Shown: in pieces, positions 31,902 to 45,363 of the stretch
How positions within the stretch are numbered: the first letter of the stretch is position 1
How the letters are laid out: the number at the start of each line of letters is the position of its first letter
Source of the DNA: Nitrosopumilus sp.
GTDB taxonomy: Archaea; Thermoproteota; Nitrososphaeria; Nitrososphaerales; Nitrosopumilaceae
Direction of reading: 5' to 3'
Assembly: GCA_965214775.1 (NCBI GenBank)
Contig: OZ243974.1
Coordinates: 224,001 to 288,000, forward strand
DNA: 64,000 nt
The notes under the pieces: model-generated
Told to the model about the DNA's origin: nothing
What the model saw: only the letters and a program-made list of their open reading frames with translations
Database searches by the model: none
Program-made: the position numbers and the translations under genes

Positions 31902-31940
31902 CCTGAAATCAGAAACAGATTTCAGAACCCGATCAGTTAC
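31902..31940. mobile_element. MITE family B right-end fragment
   Basis: cctgaaatcagaaac...cagaacccgatcaGTTAC. Confidence 0.55.
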
Positions 31941-31996
31941 CGGAGGAGGGTGTTCGGGCAACATGCTGAGCAGCGTATGCCGGTTCGCCTGCCGCC

Positions 31997-33394
31997 CTAG
32001 GACGGGTCAGACAGCCTTCCGATAAACAGTATGTTGCCCGTCTCCGTGTCCTGTATGACAAAGACAAACGGGTGGTCTGCTATAAACGGCTGAGACCATG
32101 ATGCTGTAGCTACTATTGCAGTCGTAGCGCCTGCCTCCGTCCCCTTTTCGTTTACGTTTATGAATGCCTTGTGGATTGCTTTAGACACGTACATCTGCAC
32201 GTCCTCGCCGGCGATGCCAGAGAGGTTTGCTGTCCCTTCAAAGAGCGAGGTCACGCCCATCGCCGACAGATCCCTTTTTAGGTCGTACGAGACGTCAAGG
32301 TTGAATCTTGGGAAATAGACTCCCAGTTTTTTACCTACAAGATCCCCCCTCCACTCCTCGAGGTTCTCGGCGCTCAGCAGCCCCTCCAGCTCGCCTATCC
32401 CTCCCTTGTCGTTTGGCAACAGCACGAGCATGGAGATGCGGTCGCCCACGTACGGCATCTCGAGGACCTGGTGTGTGCCCACGTCTGCGTGCCTGTAATA
32501 TTCCTCTCCATACATCATCGGGACTGTCACCTTTTTGTCTGGGGTCACCCAGAACGGGTAGTCCTCGATGGTTGCAGACTCGTCAAACGTGTTCACCCAG
32601 TCGCCCTTAAAATATACCGCGTTTGTTATGACCAGCGCCGTTGTGCCGTCGACGGAGCCGGACGCCAGGATCTCTTTTATCTTGCCGCCGGTGTTATCTG
32701 ACACCCACCCGTTAATCGTCTTGACCGCATCGCCGAATCCAAAGTTTACCTTCTCCACGCCGCTGTCGTAGTACATCCTTGCGGTCTGCACGTACTCCTC
32801 TAGCGGCTCGAGCCACTCTGCCAGCCACAGCGCGTTTGCAACCGACAGCCTGTACTCTGCGTCGTGCCTGTTCAGATCCGCCATTGCCGAGCCAAACTGC
32901 GTGCGTTTTTCCTCCGGAAACCCGAACACGTCGGTGAGCTCGTCTCTCGTGTCTCCCCCCGCCCCCTCGTGTGCAAGCGCAAAGGCGCTGAAGATGCTCC
33001 ACGGCGAGAAGACGATGTTTTGGCCCTCCTGCCCGGCGGCGCGGGAGTAAAAGTCCATTGCAAAGCCATTGTTTGCTGTCACGATCCCAGAATAGTCCAA
33101 GATCTCGGCGGGTATCAGGCCGCCGGCCTGCAGCAACAGGCGCGTGGACTCGGCGGCGCCGGCATCTGGCACGGTTATAGTCCACCCCATCCTTTCGGCA
33201 GTATCCTCCTTCACACATATGGCGTCATCGGCGCCACGCACGACCAGTATGAGTCCCTCCCTGCACAGAACATCCTCCGGAGAGACGCCGGCTGCAAGCT
33301 GCTTTAGCGGGGGCGGCACCTCTGCGTACGCGGTGGCAGTAAGGGCCACTACAGCCAGAACAAGAAAGAGTCCTACGGACAAGCGTCTAATCAT
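31997..33394 (-). CDS. Secreted serpin with PLKQ-Cys leader domain
   Basis: NIVFSPWSI, NAVYFKGDW, hinge EKGTEAGATT, FIADHPFVF...ILFIGR. Confidence 0.95.
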   Translation of the reverse strand: MIRRLSVGLFLVLAVVALTATAYAEVPPPLKQLAAGVSPEDVLCREGLILVVRGADDAICVKEDTAERMGWTITVPDAGAAESTRLLLQAGGLIPAEILDYSGIVTANNGFAMDFYSRAAGQEGQNIVFSPWSIFSAFALAHEGAGGDTRDELTDVFGFPEEKRTQFGSAMADLNRHDAEYRLSVANALWLAEWLEPLEEYVQTARMYYDSGVEKVNFGFGDAVKTINGWVSDNTGGKIKEILASGSVDGTTALVITNAVYFKGDWVNTFDESATIEDYPFWVTPDKKVTVPMMYGEEYYRHADVGTHQVLEMPYVGDRISMLVLLPNDKGGIGELEGLLSAENLEEWRGDLVGKKLGVYFPRFNLDVSYDLKRDLSAMGVTSLFEGTANLSGIAGEDVQMYVSKAIHKAFINVNEKGTEAGATTAIVATASWSQPFIADHPFVFVIQDTETGNILFIGRLSDPS

Positions 33395-33440
33395 GGCAGA
33401 TCTACGGGCATGTAGTTAAAAAGGCTGCCGCCGCGTACAA
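33270..33440 (-). repeat. Promoter + signal peptide + leader cassette, copy 2
   Basis: Matches 975-1150; TATA-like CTTTTTAA ~22 nt upstream of the ATG in both copies. Confidence 0.9.
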
Positions 33441-33552
33441 TGTGTGAGGTTACGCTCTTGCTGGTCAGACATTGGGTTATATGAAAATCATGTTCGTTAG
33501 TAATCGATGGTATGGAGTCACCTACCCCTCCCCCACCTCTCAGGCGACGGCA

Positions 33553-33643
33553 GTAAGAGTTTACCCCCAAGGCGGCACTGCTGGCCGGAGCCTTCGTGAT
33601 CATGCCTGCTGTGCCGTATCTCATGGAAGGGGTAAACTCTTAC
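33553..33643. mobile_element. MITE family E (TIR GTAAGAGTTTACCCC), probably IS66-derived
   Basis: TSD cgacggca/cgacgaca; copies at 52640 and 59107. Confidence 0.85.
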
Positions 33644-33705
33644 CGACGACACTTGGCAGGACCTTTAGCAATTAATTAAAGAAGGGTCTAAAACAACTGA
33701 GATCA

Positions 33706-34332
33706 GTGAATACAAAAGAAAAGCTTGTTTTGTCATCATTGTATCTGAGCCAGATCAGCGGAAAAACAGCATTGGAGATCATCAGGGAAAAGAGTGCGCC
33801 ATATGAAGAAGATAATGAAGAATACGGCTCCATTATCGGGAAACTAGTCCGGGAAAACCTGCTTGAAAGTGATTCCAAAACCCTGACAAAAGCTGGCAGG
33901 GACAGTCTCAAGGTGGTCCTGGCAGGAGGAGTCTTTGACATTATTCATCCCGGACACATCCATACGCTAAACTCTGCAAAACAACTCGGGGATGTTCTGG
34001 TGGTGGTAGTCGCAACAGACAATACCGCTGTTAAGATGAAAAAAAGACAGCCCCTTCATTCACAGGATCAAAGAAAGGAACTAGTAGAATCTCTGAGAAT
34101 GGTTGACTTGTGCCTAATTGGCCAGGAAGACGACATATTCAAGACGGTAAACCGCGTTAGGCCCCAGATAATTGCATTGGGATATGACCAGGTACATCAG
34201 GAGAAATTCATCAACGAAGGATGCAGAAAGATTGATCTGGATGCAAAAGTTGCAAGACTCCAATCTCCCATTCCGGATAGTTCAAGCTCTAAAATTCAAA
34301 GAAAGTACGGCAAGTCCATTCACGGGATCTAA
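33706..34332 (+). CDS. ribL: FAD synthase-like cytidyltransferase
   Basis: GGVFDIIHPGH, ALGYDQ, SSSKI; convergent with ribK. Confidence 0.8.
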   Translation: MNTKEKLVLSSLYLSQISGKTALEIIREKSAPYEEDNEEYGSIIGKLVRENLLESDSKTLTKAGRDSLKVVLAGGVFDIIHPGHIHTLNSAKQLGDVLVVVVATDNTAVKMKKRQPLHSQDQRKELVESLRMVDLCLIGQEDDIFKTVNRVRPQIIALGYDQVHQEKFINEGCRKIDLDAKVARLQSPIPDSSSSKIQRKYGKSIHGI

Positions 34333-35021
34333 GAGGAAGAGGAAGAAATAGGAATTTTTACTGTCACTTTGGAGCCGTCCCTTAATTTTCCGGATTCTCT
34401 AATGCAGACTTTGGATATTAGCTCAATGATGGAGTCATCATGATGCGTTCTCTCCAAAATTATCAATTCGCATTTAATCGAGTTGTTTAACTCGGCTGGA
34501 AAGCATTTTACCCAGCCGTATGTTCGCCTGCCATCAGAAAAACTCTTGATTTTGGTACCTTCAAGAGCTTCAAACTGCTTTATTGATTCTTGGTGAATTT
34601 TTTTGTCCAATCGGACATTCAGAGTTCCAGGAAACGGCATATAGCCGATTTTTGACTTGAACTGCTTTGTGTATCCTTTCAGGCCCATATAGTATGCGCC
34701 CTCGCCCATTCCAGAAACCAGGGTTCCTTTTAGCTCGACAAAAGACGGCGACGAATCCAAGCTTTTTTGAAGAATGGCTGCAAGTTTTACTATTTCAGAG
34801 TATCCCTTTGGGGTGATTTTTACAGAGATGTTTCTTCCGTTAATTATTCTCTCTATGAATTGATTTTCTTCCAATTCAAGCAGGTGATTGGAGGCTGCCT
34901 GCTGTGACTTTTTGATGTTTTTTCCCAGAGACGAGGTGGTTATTGTAACAAAATTGTGCTTTGCCCCTTTTGATAAAAGATAGGAAAAGGTGGGAATGTG
35001 CTGAATCTTTAGTTCAGTCAT
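34329..35021 (-). CDS. ribK: CTP-dependent riboflavin kinase with N-terminal wHTH (RbkR type)
   Basis: SQQAAS HTH, SGMGEG, PFPGTLN, ERTHH. Confidence 0.92.
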   Translation of the reverse strand: MTELKIQHIPTFSYLLSKGAKHNFVTITTSSLGKNIKKSQQAASNHLLELEENQFIERIINGRNISVKITPKGYSEIVKLAAILQKSLDSSPSFVELKGTLVSGMGEGAYYMGLKGYTKQFKSKIGYMPFPGTLNVRLDKKIHQESIKQFEALEGTKIKSFSDGRRTYGWVKCFPAELNNSIKCELIILERTHHDDSIIELISKVCIRESGKLRDGSKVTVKIPISSSSS

Positions 35022-35031
35022 CTGAGTTCTT

Positions 35032-36174
35032 TTATGCTATGCCCAAATCACTAAATGTTTTGAGGTTCATGCCATCAGAGTTTGACAGTTTTGCTATTCT
35101 GTGGCCAACGACACACTCGATTCCGGCATTCTTTGCGCCCTCTAACAGTCTTTGAGTGATAATCCCATCAAGAAGAAGGTATTTGATTCCAGACTGAGTT
35201 GACAGTTTACTTACAACCTCACTGATTGGAACTTTGAATACCTCGTTTTGATCATTGTCTAGCGCAACAGCTTCTAGCGTCTCATTTAGATCTGGAAATA
35301 TTTTTGATGTCATGTCTGCCAGAGGCTTGTCCTCCTGGTTTTTTAGAGAGAGGGTCGGTTTTCCGTCTTTGATTTCATCAGATACCGGTTTGAGAATTTC
35401 GTCAATTCTTTGCGGGGTTAATTCCTCAACTTCAACGCCATTGTCTGCTCTTAGTTCATAATCAATCGGAACGATAGATTTGAGCTCCTTTAGAATGAAT
35501 CCGCCGGCTCTGTCTCCATCTAGAAATGCCACGATGATGTCTTTTGAATTGCATAGTTCCTTGATGGATTCGTCAATTTTTGCACCCTCAATTGCCAATG
35601 CGTTATCGTATCCGGCACGAAGAAGGTTGATTACGTCTGCGCGTCCTTCAACTAGGATTATCCAGTTCGAATCATGAACGCCGGAACTGCATGCGAGTTT
35701 TGATGGCCCATAACTAGACAGTTTCTTTGAATCTCCTTGATGAACGTCATTTAGCATGCTTTCTCCTTCGCTTACTGTTTTAGTTGCCCATTTTTGCTTG
35801 ATCTCTTTTGCTCGCTTGACAATATCATCTTTCTTTGCAGCCCTGACATCATCAATGGCATCTAATTTAAAGGAGCAATCAAACGGGCCTACCTTGTCTA
35901 TGCTTTCAATACTGGCTGCAATTAATGCACATGTGTCAATATCAGTGCTCATTGGAATTAACGCATTACCAGACGTAGTGTTTGCAGTGGACTTTGCATT
36001 AACCTCAATTCTGCCTACCTTGGAGACCCGTTGCAGCTCATTTAGATTCATCTCTGGGCCCAACAGTCCTTCTGTCTGCCCAAAGATGGCTCCGATTATG
36101 TCTGCTCTTTCAACGAGCCCATCAACTTCATAGGAAAGTTTAACATGATACTTGACGATTCCTGATTGAGGCAT
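35032..36174 (-). CDS. dnaG: Archaeal DnaG
   Basis: GAIFGQTEGLLG, VEGRADV, DGDRAG. Confidence 0.95.
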   Translation of the reverse strand: MPQSGIVKYHVKLSYEVDGLVERADIIGAIFGQTEGLLGPEMNLNELQRVSKVGRIEVNAKSTANTTSGNALIPMSTDIDTCALIAASIESIDKVGPFDCSFKLDAIDDVRAAKKDDIVKRAKEIKQKWATKTVSEGESMLNDVHQGDSKKLSSYGPSKLACSSGVHDSNWIILVEGRADVINLLRAGYDNALAIEGAKIDESIKELCNSKDIIVAFLDGDRAGGFILKELKSIVPIDYELRADNGVEVEELTPQRIDEILKPVSDEIKDGKPTLSLKNQEDKPLADMTSKIFPDLNETLEAVALDNDQNEVFKVPISEVVSKLSTQSGIKYLLLDGIITQRLLEGAKNAGIECVVGHRIAKLSNSDGMNLKTFSDLGIA

Positions 36175-36329
36175 AAACTATTCATCTCCTTAATTATCAT
36201 ATTTTGGGTCTTTGCTTTCGATATATGAGGGTATCGCAACAATTTGCGTTGAAAACAAGTTTTTTCAAAAAAATGCGCATATGATACTGGCTGGGAAACC
36301 TAAAAATGAAAAATTATGATGGTTGTTGC

Positions 36330-36680
36330 TTATTCAGTGCTAAAAGAGTGACCACATGAACAGGATTTTGTGACATTTGGGTTGTTGATTTTGAATCCTG
36401 ATCCCATTAGGCTTTCAATATAGTCGACGTTTGCACCTTGAAGGTGGTCAACACTGTAACTATCAACTAAAAGTTTTACTCCGTTTTCCTCCATGACGAG
36501 ATCGTCCTCTTCCGGCGCTTTTTCAAAGCCCATTCCATAAGACAGACCGGAACAACCGCCACCCTGGACATATACTCTAAGGTATTCTGGCTTCTCAGCC
36601 TCCTCGTTCATGAATTCTTTGATTTTCTCAGCTGCTTTTGCAGTAACTGTGATCATCTTTTGAGTTTGTTCAGTTGCCAT
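36330..36680 (-). CDS. A-type Fe-S carrier (IscA/ErpA/HesB)
   Basis: GGGCSG, CSCGHSF. Confidence 0.93.
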   Translation of the reverse strand: MATEQTQKMITVTAKAAEKIKEFMNEEAEKPEYLRVYVQGGGCSGLSYGMGFEKAPEEDDLVMEENGVKLLVDSYSVDHLQGANVDYIESLMGSGFKINNPNVTKSCSCGHSFSTE

Positions 36681-36789
36681 ACGAATAAAAAAGATGACTC
36701 AAATTATAATAAGCTTTCCCCGCCCTGTCCGCTAGTAATTCAGGAATTTGTGCGGTATTAGACAGATTTGATTCGACGGTATGCAACAT

Positions 36790-36870
36790 GTTTTACAATG
36801 TCACTAAAAGACATAATTCCAACCATTCTGTTGTCATCATCAATTACGGGGAGTTTTCTAATATTCTTGC
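36790..36870 (-). pseudogene. Possible CBS-domain gene fragment
   Basis: Minus-strand translation resembling NIRKLPVIDDNRMVGIMS. Confidence 0.4.
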
Positions 36871-37075
36871 AGACGACAGGATAAGATCAGAGACAACCCG
36901 CAAATCAGAATCAGGATCAATTAAAAATAACGGGGAAGGTGTTGTTCTTCTTCCAACAGGAGAGAAAAAGACAGAGAAAGTGTGTGTCAATCGTACAAGC
37001 GGGCAGTAATTTTGATTGCAAAAAGATCCATCAGTGATTATTCCAACAGAAACTTTGCTCTAAAACAACAACAAT

Positions 37076-37155
37076 AGACTTTATGCCTAATCGGTTCAGA
37101 TCTAGGATTGTTACAAACAGAGTCATCTCATTTAGGTCGATTACGCATAAAATCT
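37076..37155. mobile_element. 80-bp MITE derived from the IS5 element at 2739-4327
   Basis: AGACTTTATGCCTAATCG...CGATTACGCATAAAATCT with 3-bp AAT TSD. Confidence 0.85.
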
Positions 37156-37234
37156 AATAAGGAAAAAATATGATCAGGAGCATGACATTGTTTTCTCTTT
37201 TTTCTTTTTCATATCGCAAACCCTGCGTGAGTCA

Positions 37235-37618
37235 TTGCTAAGCTTGCCTGCAACTGTCACCACCCATGAAAAAATTGACCTTCTCAGATCAAGGTGCAAA
37301 GAAGCTCTGCTGGCAGAGGGATCAAAACGCACTGATCAAATAAAAAAACTAATCCTAGACAGCAAAACTGATGGCTATCTTGTGCTATATTGCAACTGCG
37401 GTGACGGATTTGTTTTTTCCTCAAACGAAAAAATAGTTGAAACGCTTTTGTGTGAAAAAGAAAGGGTGATTTTCAGAATATTTTCAGGAAGGCAGTTGCA
37501 ATTGCCCGAAATAGTGTTCTACCTTGTCCATAAGAAACTGGACATAAATGGAATAAGATCGTATAGTCGTCCTCCTGATTCAGATACTTTCCATTCCAAT
37601 ACCAGGTTCGTATTTTAG
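37235..37618 (+). CDS. Hypothetical protein
   Basis: 127-aa ORF with no recognised motif. Confidence 0.35.
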   Translation: MLSLPATVTTHEKIDLLRSRCKEALLAEGSKRTDQIKKLILDSKTDGYLVLYCNCGDGFVFSSNEKIVETLLCEKERVIFRIFSGRQLQLPEIVFYLVHKKLDINGIRSYSRPPDSDTFHSNTRFVF

Positions 37619-37972
37619 CGTCATCAGGGGCGAGTTGCCGCGGAATGTACCCCAGAGGGTCGATTTGGGATTAGCAGACTCGGATCATGCATAAACGAAC
37701 TTGCGTCAAACCGATTAAAATGCCTGCAAACGGCAACAAGTCATCTGTAAGTCACTTGGCAAGTGTACAGAAAAACCCGTGCATTTGCAGTTTCTAATAT
37801 AGGATCATCTCTCAGAAGGCAGACTTGAGCATGCATCAGCATTTGAAGGCAAAGAAAGCTGCAAGCATTTCTGCCCACTGCATCCATCCATTGAGCCGAA
37901 ATGATGGCAAGTGTCAGTAGCAAAACTCCAGGCCTTTTGTTTTGATAAAATAAGGGAAATTGGAAATAGCAT

Positions 37973-38758
<786 letters not shown>

Positions 38759-38769
38759 TTAAATGTTGT

Positions 38770-40929
<2,160 letters not shown>

Positions 40930-41029
40930 TCAAATGCAACCAAGTGAAATGTAAACGGGTTGTTACTTTTGTCTTGTTGGTTGGGTGTCACAAGTATTCA
41001 CTGCAACCGTTTGTTCATCTCTACTACAT

Positions 41030-41395
41030 TTATCCTGTCCCTGCACAGCATGACGCGTATGGATTTCTGCATGTTATCGACGGTCTTGTAAAGGCAGTTT
41101 GCAGTTGTCTTTTTTCATCCGTGCCACTGTCCCTCCGTATTGTTCAGCTCCGGCGTGTATGGCGGCAGGTACCGTATGACCATCACCATCACCATCGTGT
41201 CCCTGTTCCACTTGGCCATCCTTCTCTTGAGTTATGCTGATTTGTGGCACGATGCGCCGTCCACAAACAACAGCACCCTGCCGTACTTGCAGTGCGGTGC
41301 CTTGAGAGGCTTGAAGAACGTGCCCGTGTTGGCCTTTTCATAAAGGCAGTTGCAGTCAAATCCGTTCTTGGAAAGTGACCCTATGGTATAGAACC
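41030..41395 (-). pseudogene. Degraded IS630 transposase
   Basis: KYGRVLLFVDGASCHKSA and LPPYTPELN in broken frames. Confidence 0.75.
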
Positions 41396-41509
41396 GTAAC
41401 AGTTCGGACTCTGAAAGTCCAGGCATGAATTTTGCCACCAAAGTGGGGGCTGTTCAGACAGAATTTGTGCCTGAAATCAGAAACGTCTTCGGGTCTGAGC
41501 TGCTGCTAC
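41396..41509. mobile_element. Degenerate MITE family B
   Basis: GTAACAGTTCGGACTCTGAAAG start and gtgcctgaaatcagaaac core. Confidence 0.65.
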
Positions 41510-41620
41510 CAAGTGAAAGACAATTATTCAAAACGCTTCACCAAGCAAGAGTTTTGTTTAGGCATGAATTCCAATCCGGAGAAGATATGGTTTCATGTTC
41601 CGATAACTTCACAGAACCGG

Positions 41621-42316
41621 TCAAAAAATATGAAACGATGACTTGAAGTTATTGTAAAAAATTTTCATGTTTGATTTTACGATTGGAAGATACTCGTCTG
41701 CATCTGAACGGATTTTTTGAGGATCAACATATGGAATTTTTTTGAGTTTCTCCTCGGTGTTGTCAAGCCAGAGATTTACCATCTCCTCGTTTACTTCCAG
41801 ATGGAATTGAAGTCCAACTGCGCTTTTGTATCGAAATGCCTGGTTTTCATAGTGCTCAGAAGAGGCCAGTCTGACTGCCCCCTCAGGCAGATCAAAAGTG
41901 TCCCCATGCCAATGAAAAACCGTAAAGGGGTCATGAAAGCCCGAAAACAGCGGGGAGTTGCCGTCAATTTTCAGATCATCATAAAAGCCAATCTCCTTTT
42001 TGGGGCCACGGTATACGTTTGCGCCAAAAGTCTTTGCAATCAATTGGGAGCCCAAACAGATTCCAAGTACAGGAGTGTCGTGATCAACAAAAGTTTTGAT
42101 CAGTTTTTGTTCCTCTCTAAGATACGACAAATCATCATTTGCACTTTCAGGCGCGCCAAGAATGACTGCCATGGAAAAATCATCACCTGCGGGGATTTTT
42201 TCGTGTCTGGCATTGACAGATGTGATTTTAAACCCGTCGTCTTTTAGCAGGTCACCCAGATATCCGGATCCCTCGATGCGCGTGTTCTGAATCAGCAGTA
42301 TGTCAGACATTGCCAT
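41621..42316 (-). CDS. Class I glutamine amidotransferase
   Basis: LGICLGSQL, HWHGD, QFHLE. Confidence 0.9.
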   Translation of the reverse strand: MAMSDILLIQNTRIEGSGYLGDLLKDDGFKITSVNARHEKIPAGDDFSMAVILGAPESANDDLSYLREEQKLIKTFVDHDTPVLGICLGSQLIAKTFGANVYRGPKKEIGFYDDLKIDGNSPLFSGFHDPFTVFHWHGDTFDLPEGAVRLASSEHYENQAFRYKSAVGLQFHLEVNEEMVNLWLDNTEEKLKKIPYVDPQKIRSDADEYLPIVKSNMKIFYNNFKSSFHIF

Positions 42317-42353
42317 ATATGATATGCAAAAGATCTTAATATCTTAAAGTTAG

Positions 42354-42746
42354 TTGTCCAGTGGTATGCTTGCGATAACAGAACAGGAGATCTCCGAGAT
42401 CAGGAGATTCATCCTCCAACTAAATACAGATCAAAAGAATGTGGTGATAGTAGAAGGAAAAAAGGATTCGGCTGCCCTGAAAAAAGTGGGATATTCCGGA
42501 AAAATTCTAGAGTTTCACAAGTTTGGAGGGATGGCAAAGTTTGCCGATTCTGTTGCAAAGTACGAAAAGATCATCATTCTTTTTGACAGGGACAAAAAAG
42601 GAAGACACCTTACATGCAGGGCAGCCAAGTTGCTAGAAAGAAGGACAAAAATCGATCTGTCCTACAAAAGAAAACTCGCAGAGATTTCCAGAGGAAGGAT
42701 CAGGTTTATAGAGCAGCTGGCATGTTACGAGCCATGCCTGGCTTAA
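42354..42746 (+). CDS. Small TOPRIM-domain protein
   Basis: VEGKKD, LFDRDKKG. Confidence 0.85.
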   Translation: MSSGMLAITEQEISEIRRFILQLNTDQKNVVIVEGKKDSAALKKVGYSGKILEFHKFGGMAKFADSVAKYEKIIILFDRDKKGRHLTCRAAKLLERRTKIDLSYKRKLAEISRGRIRFIEQLACYEPCLA

Positions 42747-44017
42747 GGCCAGATTCCTTTCTGATTAAAGGCCTCAAGAACCCTCTCTACGGCCAAGACC
42801 ATGGTGGCTTTCCTCATGTCAATTTTGTGCTCCCTTGATAATGTATACGCATCTTTGAATCCTTTGGTGATGTTCTTTTCCATCTTGTTTGCAACCTCGT
42901 CAAATGTCCAATAGTAGCCCATGTTGTTTTGCACCCACTCCAAATAAGAGATGCAGACTCCGCCGGAGTTGGCCAGGATGTCTGGAATGACCAGAATCTT
43001 CTTTTGGTAAATTACAGGGTCTGCTTCAGGCAACGTAGGACCGTTTGCAGCTTCGGCAATAATTTTACATTTTAGGTTCTTTGCAATCTTTGCAGTAATT
43101 TGGTTTTCAAGTGCGCCTGGAATCAGAACGTCGCATTTGGTTGTAAGAAGTTCTTCAGTTGAGATTTTTTTGCTTCCGGGAAATCCAACAACAGATCCCT
43201 TCTTTTCCTTGTGCTCCAGAATTTTACTGACCGGGGCGCCTTTTGGAATTGATATGGAGCCTTTTGAATCACTTACGGCAATTACTTTGGCGCCCATCTT
43301 TTCCAGATACTTGCCAGCAAACGTTGATGCGTTTCCAAATCCCTGTAAGACGACCTTTGCGCCTTTGAGTTTTAGTTTCAAGGTTTTTGCCGCCTCCCTA
43401 ACTGTGTAAGCGGTACCAAGACCGGTTGCGACATTTCTTGCCAGTGAGCCTCCCATCGAGATTGGCTTGCCCGTAATTACGCCCGGAGAATGTCTGTTGC
43501 CGTTTAATTTGCTAAAGGTATCCATAATTTGTGTCATCTCTCTTCCCGTAGTGTAAACGTCAGGTGCAGGAATGTCTTTTTCCGGGCCGATTATTTCAGA
43601 AATTTTATAGGCAAATCCCCTGGTTAATCTTTCGAGTTCACCCTCACTGAGTTTTTCAGTTTTTGGATTTACATAGATGGCTCCCTTGCCGCCGCCAAGT
43701 GGCACATCAACAATTGCACACTTCCATGTCATCCATGACGAAAGCGCCATGACTTCGCGCTCCATGTATTCGACGCCCCCTTCTGGGTCAAAGTAGCGAA
43801 TGCCTCCCTTGTACGGGCCCCTGTCGTTGTTGTGCTGGCTTCTAAATCCTGTAAAGACCCTGATTTTTCCATTGTCCATTTTTACTGGAATTTTTACTCT
43901 CAAAACTTTGTTTGGCAATGCCAAGTAATTTCTTAGTTCTTTGTCTTTGATGCCCAGAACGTCGCATGCATCATTGACTTGTTTTGTTGCATTTGCAAAC
44001 GGGTCTGATCTTACCAA
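42743..44017 (-). CDS. gdhA: Glutamate dehydrogenase
   Basis: GPYKGGIR, GGGKG, PAPDV, QGFGN, EAANGP. Confidence 0.95.
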   Translation of the reverse strand: MVRSDPFANATKQVNDACDVLGIKDKELRNYLALPNKVLRVKIPVKMDNGKIRVFTGFRSQHNNDRGPYKGGIRYFDPEGGVEYMEREVMALSSWMTWKCAIVDVPLGGGKGAIYVNPKTEKLSEGELERLTRGFAYKISEIIGPEKDIPAPDVYTTGREMTQIMDTFSKLNGNRHSPGVITGKPISMGGSLARNVATGLGTAYTVREAAKTLKLKLKGAKVVLQGFGNASTFAGKYLEKMGAKVIAVSDSKGSISIPKGAPVSKILEHKEKKGSVVGFPGSKKISTEELLTTKCDVLIPGALENQITAKIAKNLKCKIIAEAANGPTLPEADPVIYQKKILVIPDILANSGGVCISYLEWVQNNMGYYWTFDEVANKMEKNITKGFKDAYTLSREHKIDMRKATMVLAVERVLEAFNQKGIWP

Positions 44018-44080
44018 GGTGATCGTGATGTGAGGTCTTGGAATATATAAATTTGGTTGGAAAGTCCTGATCGGACGGTA

Positions 44081-44464
44081 TCAGATGTAGACCTTTTTGT
44101 GGTTTAGTTTTCTATCCAGTTTCTCAGTTGCCTCATATAAAGCAGAGATGTTCATTTCTAGGAAGTTTGACAGATGAAAGACCGCCCCGTATTTTTCACC
44201 AATCTTTGATACCATGTTGTTTTTCTCAAGAACCCTCATGTGGTGCTGGACTGCCTTGTAGTCCAAGCCAAGTTCCTGAGCCAGTTGGTGTGTGTTGTAT
44301 GGCTGATCGAGCAGATGCATGATTACTCGTAGTCGGGTGAACCCGCCACGGGTACTTGTGAATAGATAAAGCAGTAGTTTTCTCGTTTGTCTGTCTACTT
44401 TACGCCCGTTATTTGACGGTCTTGATTTTAGGATCTCCTGGAATTCTAAGAGTTGGCTTGTCAT
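44081..44464 (-). CDS. ArsR-like wHTH regulator
   Basis: TRGGFTR, LDYKAVQHH. Confidence 0.85.
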   Translation of the reverse strand: MTSQLLEFQEILKSRPSNNGRKVDRQTRKLLLYLFTSTRGGFTRLRVIMHLLDQPYNTHQLAQELGLDYKAVQHHMRVLEKNNMVSKIGEKYGAVFHLSNFLEMNISALYEATEKLDRKLNHKKVYI

Positions 44465-44589
44465 GCTCTTTAATGGAATAGTGTTGTTTTTGCTTAAAAA
44501 ACTATTTCCATATTTGACCCGTGTTTGGGCAGATCTTCTTTAAGAAAGACAATTACCCTTAAATTGACTGGAAACAAACTCGTCATATC

Positions 44590-45312
44590 ATGATGGCATC
44601 AAAGGGTTACGACATGACACCTACCATGTATTCTCCAGACGGCAGAATCTACCAGGTAGAATACGCCATTGAAACCGTAAAAAGAGGGACTCTGGCAATT
44701 GGCATACTTGGCAAGCAAGGAGTCATCATGGCAGTCGAGGAAAAGCCTCGTACGCTACAAAGCACGGATGTCACACAGAAAATTTTCCAAGTCGATTACC
44801 ACATAGGGGTCGCAGCGGCAGGATACATTCCAGATGCGCGAGTTCAGGTTGACAATGCAAGATTCTTCTCACAGGGAAACAGAATAACATATGACGAGTC
44901 AGTCGAAGTTGCAACTGTTGCAAAACATCTAGCAGACCAAGCTCATCAATTTACCCAGTATGGAGGGGTCCGTCCAAACGGGGTTTCAATGATAATTGCA
45001 GGGATTGACCAAAAGGGAGAATCAATCTATGTTACTGATCCAAGTGGAACCTATGTCCAATTTACGGCAATTGCAATCGGGGCAGGTTCTGATGATGTAA
45101 ATGATTTCCTGGAGAAAAATTACAGGGACGATTTGAGCTTGGAGGATGCGGCATCTCTAGCAATTGCGGCAATTAATCTAAAAGCAGAGAGAAAAGACGG
45201 AATCAGCGACATCAAGATGGCAAAGATTTCAACCGAGTCAAAAATCTTTGAAAAAGTATCAGAGGCAGACTTGCAAAGGTACTCCCAAAACGCAGCCAAG
45301 TTTGCCACATGA
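44590..45312 (+). CDS. psmA: Proteasome alpha subunit
   Basis: YSPDGRIYQVEYA, DPSG. Confidence 0.95.
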   Translation: MMASKGYDMTPTMYSPDGRIYQVEYAIETVKRGTLAIGILGKQGVIMAVEEKPRTLQSTDVTQKIFQVDYHIGVAAAGYIPDARVQVDNARFFSQGNRITYDESVEVATVAKHLADQAHQFTQYGGVRPNGVSMIIAGIDQKGESIYVTDPSGTYVQFTAIAIGAGSDDVNDFLEKNYRDDLSLEDAASLAIAAINLKAERKDGISDIKMAKISTESKIFEKVSEADLQRYSQNAAKFAT

Positions 45313-45363
45313 CAGAATTTTAGATTTGAAAGGCATTCATTCCAGTATACGAGACGGCAGATC

